A stretch of DNA of 56,289 nt. Origin: Limisphaerales bacterium (GTDB taxonomy: Bacteria > Verrucomicrobiota > Verrucomicrobiia > Limisphaerales > SIBE01). The first letter of the stretch is position 1. Every line of letters begins with the position of its first letter. Made by a program: the position numbers and the translations under genes. The DNA lies in contig JBGAIN010000035.1 of NCBI GenBank assembly GCA_044225505.1, positions 1 through 56,289 on the forward strand, given 5' to 3'. Below, in pieces: positions 1 through 10,300 of the stretch. The notes under the pieces are model-generated. The model did not search any database. It saw nothing but the letters and a program-made list of their open reading frames with translations, and was not told where the DNA came from.

Positions 1-156
1 TCCCGACCCTAAAGAAACATGGGCTTGGGGCGCACCACCACCCTATCCAGGCACCCTCGTCTCGCGGAAATTCGTCCTGGCCGATCCTGGTGCGTAGGCG
101 CCCCTGATCAATTTCTCTTCCCCAGTGTCTGAAGTGCAGGGAGAATTTCACGCGAG

Positions 157-185
157 TTGACGCGGCAGCCAGATTCGCAGATACT
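157..185 (+). promoter_or_regulatory. sigma70-type promoter of tmRNA
   Basis: TTGACG (157-162), 17 nt spacer, GATACT (180-185), ending 12 nt before the mature tmRNA 5' end. Confidence 0.65.
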
Positions 186-197
186 AGCTTGCCGTTC

Positions 198-549
198 GGG
201 GGCGTACTGGTTTCGACTTGGGAGATGCGCCAGAGGCGGCATGCCGAGGACGATCCGTTGGCCTCGTAAATAATCGGGTCAAACATTAACTGCTAACGAA
301 GAATTAGCCCTCGCGGCCTAAGGCTGCGACGTTCGCCACCCGACACCTGCTGAGGTGGACGAACGTGATAGCAGGTTAGGTTTGAGGCGGAGACCGCGCG
401 TTTCGAACCGAAACTTATCCATGCGGACTAGGCTGTGCCAGTCGGTGTCAGACCGCTATGGTACGGAAGAAAACTCTCTCTGACTAAGCATGTAGTCGCG
501 GCTGGTTTGTTTGCCAAGGACGCGGGTTCAACTCCCGCCGCCTCCACCA
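198..549 (+). ncRNA. ssrA: transfer-messenger RNA (tmRNA), tag peptide (A)ANEELALAA
   Basis: 5' GGGGGCG pairs with 3' CGCCTCC-ACCA including the G3:U alanyl determinant; GGTTTCGAC 5' motif; T-arm GCGGGTTCAACTCCCGC; resume ORF 292-321 GCT AAC GAA GAA TTA GCC CTC GCG GCC TAA ending in LAA. Confidence 0.97.
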
Positions 550-557
550 TTTTTCGC

Positions 558-590
558 AAATCCCTGGAACTCCTTCGAGTCAGGGTTATT
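558..590 (+). terminator. possible terminator hairpin after tmRNA
   Basis: CCCTG..ACTC-CTTC-GAGT-CAGGG followed by TTATT; U-tract weak. Confidence 0.35.
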
Positions 591-731
591 CGCTGCGCAG
601 AAGTTCGCGCATGACCGTTATCCGAACCGGAACGGGCACTAAACCGAACGAAATGACGCCGAGATGACGGAATTCGTCCGAAAATAGGTGTGCACGGTCG
701 CCAATCCGCGGGGCTGTGGCAGTGCGACGCC

Positions 732-2834
732 CTAACTGTTGGACTGACGCACGGGGACGAGGGGTTGACGCGCGACTGCTATTGACCGGACACTTGCGAT
801 TCGAGAACAGTCGCCGATCGCAAGGGCGTGGTTGGCAGATTCCAGCGAAGATTCCGACTTACCACCCCCATTTCCTTCCACCAACAATGCGAGTTGTGTG
901 ACCGAGGTTTCGAGCGCTTCCGTTTCATGGTGGAGGCGCTCTGCAGCGGCGGCGCTCGCCTCAGCGCTCGCGGCGTTTGACTGCGTCACCTGGTCCATCT
1001 GAGCGACCGTGGTGTTGATCTGGTGGATTCCCTCATTCTGCTCGCGAGAGGCACTGGCCACGTCGGACGCCAATTGATCCACCTGACGAATACGTGCGAC
1101 GATGTCGCTGAAGGCTTCTGCAGCCCGGGCGGTCAATTCGACGCCTTGATGGCTCCGAACGACGGCTGCTTCGATCTAGGCGGCGGACTGCTTGGCCGCC
1201 AGCGCACAGCGCTGCGCCAGGCTTCGCACTTCATCGGCAACAACGCCGAACCCCGCGCCAGCCGCCCCAGCACGCGCCGCTTCAACGGACGCATTGAGAG
1301 CCAGCACATTGGTCTGAAAAGCAATTTCATCGATGGTCCGAATAATATCCGCGATATCGTCACTGGACGCCTTGATGGCGGCCATGGCCGAGGTCAATTC
1401 CTTCATGTGACCGGCCCCGCGCTCCGCGGTCTCTTTGGTCTCACGACTGAGATTACTGGTGTGCTGCGAGTTTTGCGCATTCCGAGCGGTCATGGAGGAG
1501 AGGTTCTCAAGGGATCCGCCAGTCTGCTCAAGCGACGCGGCTTGCTCGCTGGCTCCCTCGGCGAGAGTCTGACTGGAGCCGAGCACCTGCTGAGCTGCCG
1601 TAGCAACCTCCCGAGAGCTCGCGCGCAGCCCCTCGATTACTTGCAACAGGAGGCGTCCGATTCCACGAGAAAGCCACCATCCAGCCAGTCCGGCGATGAG
1701 CGCGACACCACCGGCCGTACCGGTGACGCCGGCGAGCATACTGCGTTCTGCCGCGGCCAGTTTGCCCTGCACATCGGCAAAGTCGTCCTCGTACGTTCCA
1801 GCCCCAATGATCCAGTCCCAGGGCTCGAAGCGGGTCACAGCGACGATCTTGCTTCGCGGCGCTGGGTCTTCGTTGTTCTTCCAGGTATACGTTTCGTATT
1901 CTGCTTCGCCTCCCTTGGTCTTGAGGCCTTTCGCAATGATCGATTGGATGAAAAGTCGACCCGAAGCGTCTTTGGCATTCCAGATATTCTCGCCGTCACG
2001 CTTACCGCCTTGCGAGACGATGTAATTCCCCCGTTCCGTACCGCTTCCACCGAGAACATACACATAGCCGCTCTTGCCTACTCTAATTTGGAGCATGGAG
2101 TCATGGAGCTCTTTGGTGACGGCTTTCATATCCACGCCGACGTATAACATTCCAATTACCTTAGACTGGGACGAATCCCAAATCGGCTCATAGGCCGCAT
2201 CATGCCACTGATTGACGACGAAAGCCCGGCCAATAAAGGATTCACCCTTTAAGATTTTCTGTAACACCGGGTTCTCTTTCCCGTTGGGCTCGCGAGCCGG
2301 GACAAAGGTGGACAAAGCCCGAGATCCATCACTCTTGGTAACACGAGTGCAGACGCGTAGCATATCGCCCGCCTCATTCATACGCTGGAATACGGTACAG
2401 TAGTCCCGCGTTAAGTGATAAACCTCATCGACCATCGGTGCGGTGATATTGGTAGTCAGGATTTGCCCCAGCCAATTGGACCCAACCAGCATCTTTGGGA
2501 GCGTCACAGTCTCCGCTTGACCTGTAAACTGATTGAGAGCTTGCCAGGAAATTGTTTCCGCCGAGAGCGTTACTCCGCCAGCCCGCTGCAGGAATTCCCG
2601 GGCCAGTTTCAAATCGTGCGCCAAGCGGTTTTGGACGCTCGATTCGGTGCTGGCGCAAAGCCAGTACATGCTACGCGCAAGCTTCGCCGATTCGCTCCAA
2701 GCCTGATCACGAATGGTCGTCTGCACCTGCCCGTCCAGCTTCCTTTGGGCCAAGAGCAAACTGGCCAGGGAAAGCCCAACCGCAAGCACGACGGGTCCGA
2801 CCGCCACGAAGGTGATCTTAGTGCTTATTTTCAT
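732..2834 (-). pseudogene. methyl-accepting chemotaxis protein (Cache sensor domains) interrupted by one in-frame TAG at 1176-1178
   Basis: TM - Cache-type periplasmic region ([34 protein letters not shown]) - TM - MCP signalling domain ([35 protein letters not shown]). ORFs 1176-2834 and 732-1136 are in the same frame: AAKQSAA*IEAAVVRSHQGVELTARAAEAF. Confidence 0.85.
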
Positions 2835-3011
2835 GTGCCATACGACTAACCGGCATGCTGAGAGGATAGCTCAGCGAGCGCCCGGCATATCGACGAGCGG
2901 CTCCGCTGCTAACTATGGTATCGGCGTATTCCAGGATCGAGTTAATCAACATGTTTTGCTGAGCTCTATCCACTCCTTGCTGCCTGATCTTCTGCACGTA
3001 GTAACGGAACG

Positions 3012-3056
3012 GGCATTGATGTCTGCCAATGACTGTCCCCCTTGAGCTGTGCATCA
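3012..3056 (+). promoter_or_regulatory. degenerate fluoride (crcB) riboswitch-like motif
   Basis: GGCA-TT-GATG-TC-TGCC P1 hairpin and downstream GAGCTGTGCATCA, compared with consensus GGYRATGRNGTYYRCC...GCTGATGACRYC; lies about 155 nt upstream of fluC; several conserved positions deviate. Confidence 0.35.
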
Positions 3057-3210
3057 GGATTCGGGTCTCCGTTTCTTGCGCTAAGCGCTTGCATTGGAAA
3101 ATGCTCTCGGCATGTTTGCGTCTACTTTTCTGACCGGCGGAGCGAAAGTTGGGCGTCGTCAGAGGAGCGGCTATGCAGTAAGTATTCTTTGCTAAGTGGA
3201 TGTCGCGGCA

Positions 3211-3627
3211 ATGTTAAACGGCCTGATTATATTTATGGGCGGCGGCTTAGGCTCCCTCTTGCGGTGGTGGGCTTCGCTCTTGATCACGGAACGGTTTGGA
3301 CCGTTCTTACCGTGGGGGCCGGCCTTTCCTTGGGGCACGCTGGTGGTGAATGTCTCCGGATCATTTCTGATCGGATTTTTTGCAGCGGCGACAGGTCCCG
3401 AAGGCCGCTGGCTGGCCAGTTCCCAATTGCGTCAGTTCTTTATGGTCGGCGTTTGCGGCGGGTATACGACCTTTTCCTCGTTCAGCCTCCAAACCCTTCT
3501 TTTGGCGGAGGAAGGCCACTGGTTTCGAGCAGGAATGAATGCGACTCTGTCCATGGTTCTCTGTCTCACCGCGGTCGGGCTTGGGCACGGCCTGGCGTTG
3601 ATCATTAACTCGACAAAGGCTAATTAG
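3211..3627 (+). CDS. crcB: fluoride efflux channel FluC/CrcB
   Basis: GGGLGSLLRW, FPWGTLVVNVSGSFLIG and GVCGGYTTFSSFS signature motifs; 4 TM; ATG at 3211 preferred. Confidence 0.95.
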   Translation: MLNGLIIFMGGGLGSLLRWWASLLITERFGPFLPWGPAFPWGTLVVNVSGSFLIGFFAAATGPEGRWLASSQLRQFFMVGVCGGYTTFSSFSLQTLLLAEEGHWFRAGMNATLSMVLCLTAVGLGHGLALIINSTKAN

Positions 3628-3820
3628 CAAGATGGCTGCCGAGCGTTGGTATGGTTGGCGGATTTATATCATGCAAGAAATAAGTATAGGAACGACGAAT
3701 TGACTTCGTTGCATGCAAGCTTGCACTGTAGCGTTCGAAACTATACCAATGTCGCCGTGTTCGATGGACTCAAGCGGATTTCAGCAATCTGCGCCTGAGA
3801 AGCTGGTAGACACCGAAATT

Positions 3821-4345
3821 ATGAAGAACGACCCATTACACCAATACTCGAAACTACGTGAGAAACTACTGGCAGAGAAGAACCAGCTCGAAACTCGCTT
3901 GGCTCAGCTGAACCGCGTGCTTGGGGAAGATGCACCCGCTGTCACTGCCGCAAGCCGAGCAACGCGCAGTGCCGGTCGTTCTCGAGGTCGGGGTCGAAAT
4001 GCCCTCTCGATGCGAGAGGCCGTGATCAAAGCACTTTCCAACGGACCGTTGGCGCGGAAGGAACTGGTCGATGCGGTTGAAGCGGTGGGCTACGTTTTTA
4101 CGACGGAAAACCCATTAAACTCTCTGGGCGCGGTCCTCTATGGCAAGGATACTCCCGTTAAGAGCAAGGATGGCAAGTTCTATGTCTCCGGCAGCGCGGC
4201 AGGCAGTTCCGCCGAAATCAGTAAAAAAACTCCTCCCGCTGCAACTTCAAAACGTACAATGAGCCCCGAAGGAAAAGCCAGGATCATCGCGGCGCAGAAA
4301 GCACGCTGGGCGAAGCAGCGAAAGGCCAACGCGCTAACCAAGTAA
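3821..4345 (+). CDS. small basic putative DNA-binding (nucleoid-associated-like) protein
   Basis: N-terminal coiled coil (LREKLLAEKNQLETRLAQLNRVL), RSRGRGR linker, winged-helix-like core, C-terminal KRTMSPEGKARIIAAQKARWAK motif. Confidence 0.75.
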   Translation: MKNDPLHQYSKLREKLLAEKNQLETRLAQLNRVLGEDAPAVTAASRATRSAGRSRGRGRNALSMREAVIKALSNGPLARKELVDAVEAVGYVFTTENPLNSLGAVLYGKDTPVKSKDGKFYVSGSAAGSSAEISKKTPPAATSKRTMSPEGKARIIAAQKARWAKQRKANALTK

Positions 4346-4362
4346 CATTCGAACGCTTTTGA

Positions 4363-7300
4363 CTAAAGCGTGATGAGCCGGAAGTAGCGCTGCGTTTGAA
4401 TCTTGTCCAAGGCTTCGGAGAGGAGTTTTGGAGAACCGTCTCCGGTAAACTCCTGGACGGCTCTCCATTCCGGGTGACTTAGGTCCGATGTTACTTGCAG
4501 CGCATACCGAAGCCCGGGCTTCGTCGCCATGACAATCCCTATTTCAGTTCCGTTCTGTACGCGAATGGTGACGCCTGAGTTACCGCCTTGGCCAGTGGAG
4601 TTTGCATGTCCCGGACTTGGTGCGTCGAGAATCTGTCGGTGCAGTGGGTCGCCGTCGGGCAAAGCTCCCCAAGACTGATCGAGTGAGATTTGAGCATACT
4701 CGACGTAATCAACCAGGCGTCTCCCTCCAGACTGCAGCCGTGCCAGCGCCAATCGACCGGAGGTAGGGGCGAGTCGAAAATTCGCATGAAGTGAGGACGC
4801 TGTCGATTCTGTGACTTCTCCGTCCATCCAAATCAAGAGATAGCTATGCGGGGCGATCACGGTTCCTGCCGGAAATGGCCATCTTCCCAAAGCCGCGTAA
4901 TCGTCCGACAACGACCAATCGTCTAACCGGAGTGGTGCGGAACCGTCATGGTAGAGTTCAACCCACGGCTCGCGATCCTGGAAGTTATCGGGTAGCCCGC
5001 TCCCGTTTCCGGGCAGAATTTCGTTAATCCATAGCGACGGAAAAGGCGGCAACTCTGCGGCCACGGAATTGAGTGCTCCCGGAGTAAACGAGGAAGCGCC
5101 GATGCTGATAAGATCAACAGCGGCGCCGAAAACGATATCGCTGCTTCCCGCATTTACCTGATGAACTTCGACAGCGATGACATTCTCTCCGGAACGGAGG
5201 CCGAGCGCAGGGACTTCTTGAGGGCCTTCCTGGGCAGCGTCACCGACAGTCCGAGCGGCAAAGGTGCTCTGATCCACGGCACCCGTGGGCATGCCTAAGC
5301 GATAAATCTCCTGACCATTCAAATAAAAGATGGCGCCATCATCCAGAATAGTGGTCAAACGCAGGAGTGCGCCCTTCGGGTCACCCACGAAATTGAACCG
5401 TGTTCGAAAGTAGTAGGTTGTACTGCCAAGGGTTAACGGAGTGTTTTTCGTTCCGGGAATTGCGGCGGTCTCTACGTAGAACAGCGCAGAACCGCTCGGC
5501 CATGCGGTGTCATCGTAGGCCGCGCTATTCCAAGCCGTGCCGGGACTGCCCGCAGCTTGCCAGGACCGCCAGGTCGCCTCCAACGGCACCACGGCAACAG
5601 GCGAATTGGTGACATTGCCCTTGGCTGCGTCCCAGTTTGCGACGGGTCGGGGGTCTTGCTGAGCATCAATGCGCTGCAGCGATGCACCCGCTGTGATGGC
5701 AGACTCAGGCCACGGAGCGCTCAGTCGAAAGTGCACGTCGTCGATAGTCCAAGGAGACTCGCCGCTCGCCACCCCAGGTTGGAGGAGTTTGATTGAGCCT
5801 CCATCCGCCGGCAATACGATCACGGCGTTGCCCACCACACGGGCCGATTTACCATAGGCCGTTTGAAACGCGCTGACGTCGCGAGCCACGCAAAGGTATC
5901 CCCGTGGCTCAAGAAGGATGCCGGAAGGAAACAAGAAGTTGTACCCTTCCATACGCCACCCGCTCAGATCGACAGGGTTAGATCTCGACAGGTTCACTAA
6001 CTCGACAAACTGCGCATTCGCCACGGCGGGTCGATGCATCACCTCGTTGATGGCGACGCGCGGAGGCGCTTGCACGACCAGCTCTGCCACCTGCTCGGAA
6101 GAAAGCGGTGGCACAGCATCGTCCGTAACTCGGATGACAATGCGATTTGTCCCAGCCACCGGATCGTCGCCCAATGTCCACGACAAGATCCCCGTCGACG
6201 GATTTAGATTTGCGCCTGGAGGTAAACCCGTCACGGCGCTGAACGTAAGCCCTTGCGGAGGGAAATCCGCGTCGGTCGCTTGATTCGTCCACACCAAAGA
6301 ATCGCCAGGACGGAGAATCAGTCTTGGGATTGGCGTGAGCACCGGTGGCAGGTTGACCTCGCGCACCCCCACGAGAAAGGTCATTGTGCTGGAGGGGCCT
6401 CCGCCCGCTTCGGTGGCTCGAACCGTTATGTTGTAATCGCGCGGGCCATCGCGCTCAGCCGGAGTCCACTGGAAGACTCCCGTGTCTGAATTGATTCGAG
6501 CACCTGCGGGACTGTTTTCTAGACTGAATGATAAACGGACGGGCGGATTGTCCGGGTCGCGTGCTTCAACCTGCAACGAAAGAGCAGATCCTTCATCCAC
6601 GTTCTGCGCAGCGATCGGAACTAGGGTCGGCGCGTTGTTAGTTTCCATCACGGTCAGCGTGACACTCTGCTCTGTTGAAAGCGGCGGTTGACCATCGTCG
6701 GTTACCCGCAGAGAGATGGTATAGACCCCAGGACCCTGGGCTTCGCTGGGCACCCAAGTAAACTCCCCTGTGGCAGCATCGATGGTTACACCTTCGGGAG
6801 ATCCTATCCCGAGGCTATAGGTGAGCTTTTGCGGTGGCAGATTTGCATCGCTGCCGGAAACCCGAAAGGTAAACGGAACACTTTCATCAATCACCGCGTT
6901 TGGCACGGGCGCGAGTTTTGGGGCGACGTTGATCTGGCGAAGGAGAACTTGGAATGTCGCCGCGGCAGCCCGAGGAGGCACGCCGTTATCAGTGACGCGC
7001 ACGGTCAACCAATAGGAGCCGGGCGGAATGCTGCTGGCGGGAGTCCAAGTGAGTTGCCCGGATTGCGAATCAATCGTCGCGCCTGCTGGCGCCGCCGTGA
7101 GGTCAAACGTTAAGGCCTGCGCTGGAACGTCAGGATCGGAAGCGAGTGCTGTGATCTGCAGCGTCTGACCCTGTTCTATGGTCTTGTCGCCGATCGGAGA
7201 CAGGGTCGGAGGCCGATTACCGGACTGTCCAGCGTTGGGCAAGCCCGGCGTCGGGTTCGAGAAAAACGCGAACGGAGGGGCGCCGCCGTCCGGAACTCGG

Positions 7301-10300
7301 CCCTGACTAATATCTGGAGTCTGAACCGGAAAAGTCACGCTATCCAAGAGTACACCATCGGGACTGGCCAAGCCGATCTGGCCACCGTCCGCGCTAAGCC
7401 GAAAGTTCGTGTGCACCGTGTCCTGAACCCCATTCTGCGCGGATTCATTGTCCGCCCAAAATACCCGATAACTATTGGCCGGAATCGTCGTTCCAGGTGG
7501 AATCTTGAACTTCGTGCTATTCGTCAAGGCATCCGTGAGAAAAAAGCCGCTGAGATCGACGGTGTTGGCCCCAGCATTGAAAAGCTCGAACCAATCATCG
7601 AACGCTCCGTCCACAGGATCGACCAATCCGGAGCGATTACTCGCAACCCATTCGTTAATTGAGACGGGGATCGCAGGCGAATTCGGATTATTCGGCCCTC
7701 CTGGAGTTGGAATCAGCAGGACTTTTCGCTTGCGCGGTTCACCATCTGGCACAGAGCCTGTTGCGCGATCCGAAGACCCGGTCGTATAACGGACAAAATC
7801 CATGACAACCGCTGCACCGGCCTGGTTCCGGCTGAGTGTGAGCACTCCGTTTGTGGAATTGAGGCGGAAACTCGCATGCAGTTCCCCGGGAGCGGAGTTC
7901 GCGGTTTGTCCGTCGGCCCAGACCAGCAAGAACGAGCCGGCGCTGAGGACTGTGCCCTGAGGAACAGCCCACTGACGGAGGTTATTCGGATCCGAGCTCA
8001 AGTAGAAGCCGGTAAGGTCGATCGGCGTAAGTCCGGCGTTGAAAAGCTCAATCCAAGGGGCGTGCTCCCCCTGCGCGTCGACATTGATTGTGCGGTTGTC
8101 AGGGAGGACCTCGTTGATCCATAGCGATGGAAAAGGATCGATAGACGTAAGACCGCCATTGGCGCGCCCTGGAGTGGCACGGTTGGGATCGCTCGATGCG
8201 AGCGCAGACCAGTTGCCGACCCGCCAATTGTCCTGGGTGGGGTCGGATAATTGCAGTGAGGCGCCCAAGCCGTCTGCGAGTGCCGGCCAAGGAGGCGAAC
8301 TGTCATACCGGACATCATCGATAACTCGCTCCGGAGCTACCTCCGAAGCAGGTTTCACAAGGCGAATGGTCTCTCCCCCGTTATTTAGGTTGCCGTTGAA
8401 TTCTCCGACGACTGGGAGTTGCGCGCCGTAGGTCAGTGTGAAGACCGATCGATCCTTGACGACTAGCAAGAACCCACCCGGCGGGATAACCACCCCTGAA
8501 GGAAACTGGAAATCCGCCCCATGCAACTCGAGACCGGAGAGATCAAAGCTGGCATTCGGGTGTCGATTGAATAGTTCGATGAACTCACCGTTCTTTTCCG
8601 GCGGGTGATACATGATTTCGTTGATCACGACCCAGTCTGCAAGTTCGATCGCAGCCCCAGTGTAACGCACGGTTATGGACGCGGTCGCTCCGGGAACGGC
8701 CCGACCATGTCGATCGCGTCCAATCAGTTCGAGGCGATTAACCGCCGCTCCGAGCGGGACATCCATTCTCCAGGCGGTCGCCGATATCCACGTCACTGGA
8801 TAGGGACTTCCGTTGACGTCAATGGATACGACTGCAAAAGGAGCCAACCCAGTCAGGGATGCCACCGGATTGTTCGTGCTGTATTCGGTTCCTCCATTGG
8901 TTGAAAGCGAGAACGCAGCTGCATCCGCCGTTTTGAGCTGCGTTTGGAGGTAGTTCCGCCGCGCTTCGATGTAAGTCCGGATGCTGTTTGGGTTGGAGCT
9001 GACGCCATTGTTCAAGAGCGCCCGGCGGCGCGCTTCAACTTGCGGCGCGTAGTTCTCCGCGCGTAACGGTCCATTGACAGCGTCCTGATACGCGCGCCAA
9101 AGCATACGCCGGTAAGCGGGAACATTGTAGAGTTGGTTCACTACCGGATCTTGTCCGCCCCAGAGCGGATCACTCGGGCCATTTCCGTCCCCAAGAACGA
9201 AGTCTATATCCCATGGGAGCAGGGTTGCTCGTCCACCGAGGGGTGCGTAGAGATACATGTTCTGCCCCACAGAGAAAGTCCATGAATCCCAGTTTCCGAG
9301 GATGCGATTATACGCGAAGACGCGCATCCACTCCTCCATATCTGCAACGTTCATGAGGCCTGTCACACGGTCGGCGACGTTATTTGCTGCCGTAACGAGA
9401 TTAAAGATTGGCTGTAAATCTGTGGCGGTGGTTCCGCTGGGTCGAAGCTGCCAGTTCCAGCGATAGCGTGCCGGTTTAAGCACTCCTGAGGAAAGGAATC
9501 GCTCCAGCGTCGCGCCGGTGGACTGAAAGTTCGAGTTGTCATCCGCAAACTCGAACCAGACCGCAATTTTATAGAGCTGATCTCCCGGATCACCGCCGCC
9601 GAACCAGGCGTGGGCGTAGTCGGAATTGGGCTGCTCAAGGTCGTAAAGGACCTCACGAAACAATCCGCCGTTGCGGTAAAGCCGCAGGTAATGACTATGG
9701 AGGAAGGGAATGTCCAACTGCTGACCGATCCAACCGCTAACGTCTCCTTTCATCTGGGTCGCTTCGTTGCCGCCATTTCCTGTCGATCCGAAGACCCGAT
9801 CCTGAGCTCCCAGAACCAAATCGTCTGTTGGCACTGCTACGGCAAAGTCCCCTGAACCGCCATGATACGGGCTGCCTTTATCCCGAAACCCTGCATTGTA
9901 GACGATCCGGGAATCTCCATACACCAGGGTACAGTCCCGATAAGTATTATCGAGGGGGCGCGAACTGTTTCTTGCCTGATCGATGGCGGCGGTATTCCAC
10001 ATGTGATAGTGCGCAAAGCTGCCCATTGGAATCGGGTCATCCCACCGGATCAAACACTCGCGCGACGGCGCTTCCGCAGGAAAGACACTCATGGGGGCCG
10101 AGGCGGAATCGTCGTTCGCTTCGATGCGGAAGGCGACGAGAGTGCCACTACTGCGCCCGCTGATGGTCGCGGAATAGACTCCGTCTCCAGCTTGAGCGTC
10201 ACCGCCCGTTCCATCGTCACGCATGGCTCCTGTCGTTAGTGTGGCCGCTGGATCGACTCGGTACCGCAGCCGCGGCGACGCAACTCCGTCGGGATCTGCG

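Noticed and set aside
520..730. Genomic island integrated at the tmRNA 3' end
   Set aside because: No integrase follows, and I found no duplicate of the tmRNA 3' end elsewhere in the window
1176..1178. Genome-wide TAG recoding or pyrrolysine
   Set aside because: TAG terminates many full-length genes here (crcB, tag, giant exoprotein, kup), and no pyl genes are present
1023..2147. 374-aa plus-strand ORF
   Set aside because: Antisense shadow of the MCP gene, a common artefact for MCP coiled coils
2818..3054. 78-aa ORF upstream of the MCP
   Set aside because: No motif or RBS; overlaps probable regulatory DNA between divergent genes
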